From: an uncultured delta proteobacterium
GTDB lineage: Bacteria > Desulfobacterota > Binatia > UBA9968
Assembly (NCBI GenBank): GCA_963760795.1
Contig: CAVXEP010000017.1
Location: 32,001 to 96,000 of the forward strand
Direction: 5' to 3'
DNA: 64,000 nt
Shown: piece by piece, positions 61,552-64,000 of the stretch
Position numbering within the stretch: position 1 is the first letter of the stretch
Layout of the letters: each line of letters begins with the position of its first letter
Notes under the pieces: model-generated
Seen by the model: the letters and a program-made list of their open reading frames with translations, nothing else
What the model was told of the DNA's origin: nothing
Database searches by the model: none
Program-made: the position numbers and the translations under genes

Positions 61552-63137
61552 CGTAAACTTCCAAGTATTAGTTTTGTCAAAACAGCGGCGTTGCTGCTGG
61601 CGTCACGAACCACGCCGTAACAGTCCAACCAAGTCCACAGGTGCAATGACGCGCACAGTTCCTGCACCGTCGCACGGCTCACCTTGCCCCGCGAGTTTTG
61701 CGGCAGCGCGTCGACGACATACCAGCGCTGGGGAATTTTAAACTCCGCCAAATGCTCTTTGAGCCAGCCATGGAGCTGGCGCAGGGTCGCGTCATCCTGA
61801 CGGCTCAAGACCACCGCCATGGCGACGTTCTGACCGTAGGCCGGATCGGCGATGGCAAAAGTACATACCGCGGTGGCAGGCTCGAACCGTTCGACCACGG
61901 CGTCGACATCGGCGGGATAGACTTTAGCGCCGCCTTTATTGATTTCGTCCCGCTCGCGCCCCTTGAGATAGAATCTGCCGCGATCGTCGATAAGCCCCAT
62001 GTCGCCGCTGACGAACCAGCCGCCCGAAATCACCTGATCGGTGAGTTCCGGCTGACCGCAATAGCCTTGCATCAGCGCCGGCGTGTTGATCCAGACATAG
62101 CCCGTCTCAGCGACTTTGCACTCGGCACCGTCGGCAAACGGCGTCTGCGGTTCGGCGTTTTTGAGAATTTTGATCACCGCACCCCAAGGCACACCGACTA
62201 GGCCATCTTCCGGTTCGAAGTCTTCAATGCTCGTGCCGGCCACCCAACTGCCCGTTTCAGTAATACCGTAGGCGTTATAAACCGCGCGGATTCCCGACCA
62301 TTGTTGAATCTGACCCCATAGGTGCGCTGATAACGGCGCCGAGCCGCAATGAATGCGCTGGAGGGTTTTGCCCTGCGGTGGCTTACTGCCCTTCAAGCTC
62401 AACCCCCACATGGATGGCACGGAGGAGAGAAACGTAATCTTCTGCTCATCGACGATGGGCCCTAAGCGTAGGAGTAAATACGGACTGAATGGCTGCGCGA
62501 TGATCACATCCTGGCCGAAGAGCCAAGGAAACAAACTGTTACAGATCAAGCCATGACCGAAATGGGTCGGCAACAAACATAGCGTGCGGCGAAAGCAATC
62601 GATACCGAGACTCTGGCGTAAACACAGCCAACGCGCGCGTAATGACCGATGAGTGTGAACCACGCCTTTGGGCACTCCGGTGGTGCCGGAGGTAAACAGG
62701 ATCAACGCCTCATCGTCGAGCCGCGCGGCGCAGAATGCACTGGCCGACGACACCGATGTTACCGCATCCGCCGCCAAGTCGCTCGAACTGAGGAGCTTAA
62801 CTCCCAGCGCAGCCAGCGCGTCACCAAGAGCCATGGGCACCGTCGCATCGATGAGCGCGATCTTGGGCGTCACCGTCCGCGCTAAGTTTTCGACTTCAAA
62901 CGGCGTCAACCGGTTGTCCACTGGCACAACGCTCGCCCCGACGTTCCACGCAGCCAGCAGGTCGACAAAGAATTCGAGATTGTTGCCGTAAAGGATGAAC
63001 ACGCGATCGCCACGCTGTAAACCATGGGCGCGCAGCCGGGCGGCGCTGGCCGCTAAACGCATGGCGATCTCTTGGCTGCTCCAGCTGCGGCCCGATTCCA
63101 GCTCGCTCAGAGCACCGCATGTCAAATCGGCAAACAT
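61548..63137 (-). CDS. Class I adenylate-forming enzyme (acyl-CoA/acyl-ACP ligase)
   Basis: FTSGTTGVPKG, YGITE, SGDMG, KGR..D.I.KGG, LPQNSRGKV; the extreme C-terminus may be frameshifted. Confidence 0.92.
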   Translation of the reverse strand: MFADLTCGALSELESGRSWSSQEIAMRLAASAARLRAHGLQRGDRVFILYGNNLEFFVDLLAAWNVGASVVPVDNRLTPFEVENLARTVTPKIALIDATVPMALGDALAALGVKLLSSSDLAADAVTSVSSASAFCAARLDDEALILFTSGTTGVPKGVVHTHRSLRARWLCLRQSLGIDCFRRTLCLLPTHFGHGLICNSLFPWLFGQDVIIAQPFSPYLLLRLGPIVDEQKITFLSSVPSMWGLSLKGSKPPQGKTLQRIHCGSAPLSAHLWGQIQQWSGIRAVYNAYGITETGSWVAGTSIEDFEPEDGLVGVPWGAVIKILKNAEPQTPFADGAECKVAETGYVWINTPALMQGYCGQPELTDQVISGGWFVSGDMGLIDDRGRFYLKGRERDEINKGGAKVYPADVDAVVERFEPATAVCTFAIADPAYGQNVAMAVVLSRQDDATLRQLHGWLKEHLAEFKIPQRWYVVDALPQNSRGKVSRATVQELCASLHLWTWLDCYGVVRDASSNAAVLTKLILGSLR

Positions 63138-63276
63138 GAAGGCTAAATATTCCTGAATACTAAACTATTTTGTAACAACCCCGGCCGAACCAAGCAAGGC
63201 GAATCGCTCCGATAACGGCATGCCCGGCGCAACGCGGCTCTCGTCTTTGGAAACAATAGTTGCTATAAAGCGCCGG

Positions 63277-64000
63277 ATGAGCGATCAGCGCCGCCGGCTC
63301 GTCATACGCGGGGCCATCTTCATCGGCCTCATGTTGCTGCTGTTTTTTTTCAGCCGCTACATTCCGCGGCCGTTTAGCGCTTTCGCGCCTCCCGGCGCCG
63401 AGCTCGACGATTTCGAGGGCATCTATTCCAGCAGCGATAAGCTCGGCAAGTTTCTGCAACAGCTGGGCCCCTATTCGCCGGCGGTCTTCGTGGTGTTGCA
63501 AATCCTCCAAGTGATAGCCGCACCGTTTCCGGGGGAGCTTACTGGGGTCGCCGGCGGCATTGTCTACGGCGAAACCATCGGCTTCATCCTCTCCATTGTC
63601 GGCCTGGCCATCGGTTCCTGGGTAGCTTTCGAATTGGCGAGTATACTCGGCCGGCCATTTGTCGAACGCTTCGTTAAACGCGATGTCTTGGAGAAGTTTA
63701 ATTTCCTCACCACCAAGACCGGTGTGTTCATCTGCTTCGTGCTGTTTCTGTTTCCCGGCTTTCCCAAAGATTATCTTTGCTACGTGCTTGGCTTGAGCCG
63801 AATGAGCGTAACTACCTTCCTGCTGGTATCGATCATCGGGCGAATTCCCGGTACCTATTGGCTTACTATGCAGGGAGCGATGATCAGAAATGAGCAGTAC
63901 CTCACCTTCGCGATTTTCGTCGGCGTCACTCTCGTTGGCTTGGTAATCGGCTATATATATCGCAATCAAATCTTCGCTTGGATCAAGCACCGCCACGATC
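63277..64000 (+). CDS. TVP38/TMEM64 (VTT/DedA) family membrane protein, running off the window
   Basis: LQVIAAPFPGE, G..YG...G, LFPGFPKDYLCYVLGLS, GRIPG. Confidence 0.9.
   Translation, partial: MSDQRRRLVIRGAIFIGLMLLLFFFSRYIPRPFSAFAPPGAELDDFEGIYSSSDKLGKFLQQLGPYSPAVFVVLQILQVIAAPFPGELTGVAGGIVYGETIGFILSIVGLAIGSWVAFELASILGRPFVERFVKRDVLEKFNFLTTKTGVFICFVLFLFPGFPKDYLCYVLGLSRMSVTTFLLVSIIGRIPGTYWLTMQGAMIRNEQYLTFAIFVGVTLVGLVIGYIYRNQIFAWIKHRHD

Noticed and set aside
63160-63996. 278-aa minus-strand ORF
   Set aside because: Shadow of the plus-strand VTT/DedA gene, which the track omits because it has no stop within the window.

Overview
This is a GC-rich bacterial chromosomal segment. Gene content (many orphan solute-binding proteins, LLM oxidoreductases, Mo-hydroxylase, UPF0182) suggests a soil or aquifer 'Deltaproteobacteria'-type lineage such as Candidatus Binatia; this is inference only. 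No rRNA, tRNA, CRISPR array or transposase was found. About 20 genes carry single-base frameshifts, mostly one extra base and including essential nuoL and nuoN, so these are probably long-read errors. Main blocks: (1) a catabolic operon SBP-LLM-hydrolase-LLM-Mo hydroxylase S/L/M (5.3-13.4 kb); (2) a GFA-Mpg-retropepsin-HAD string (16-18 kb); (3) a complex I operon nuoA-C-D-E-F-G-H-J-K-L-M-N that lacks nuoB and nuoI (22-35 kb); (4) tandem TcuA-like flavoproteins with a TctC receptor (37.7-43.9 kb); (5) a five-gene operon bounded by a promoter and a terminator, encoding a B12-radical SAM enzyme, SDR, FAD oxidoreductase, heme-oxygenase-like diiron protein and methyltransferase (48-54 kb); (6) an acyl-AMP ligase, ACP, divergent MBOAT and LtaS-like operon beside a DedA/VTT gene (57.9-64 kb). 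Blocks 5 and 6 are the best candidates for undescribed systems. Intergenic spaces hold at least seven families of short palindromic repeats, some stacked or nested, including 7-, 8- and 9-mer tandem-repeat hairpins inside the nuo operon.
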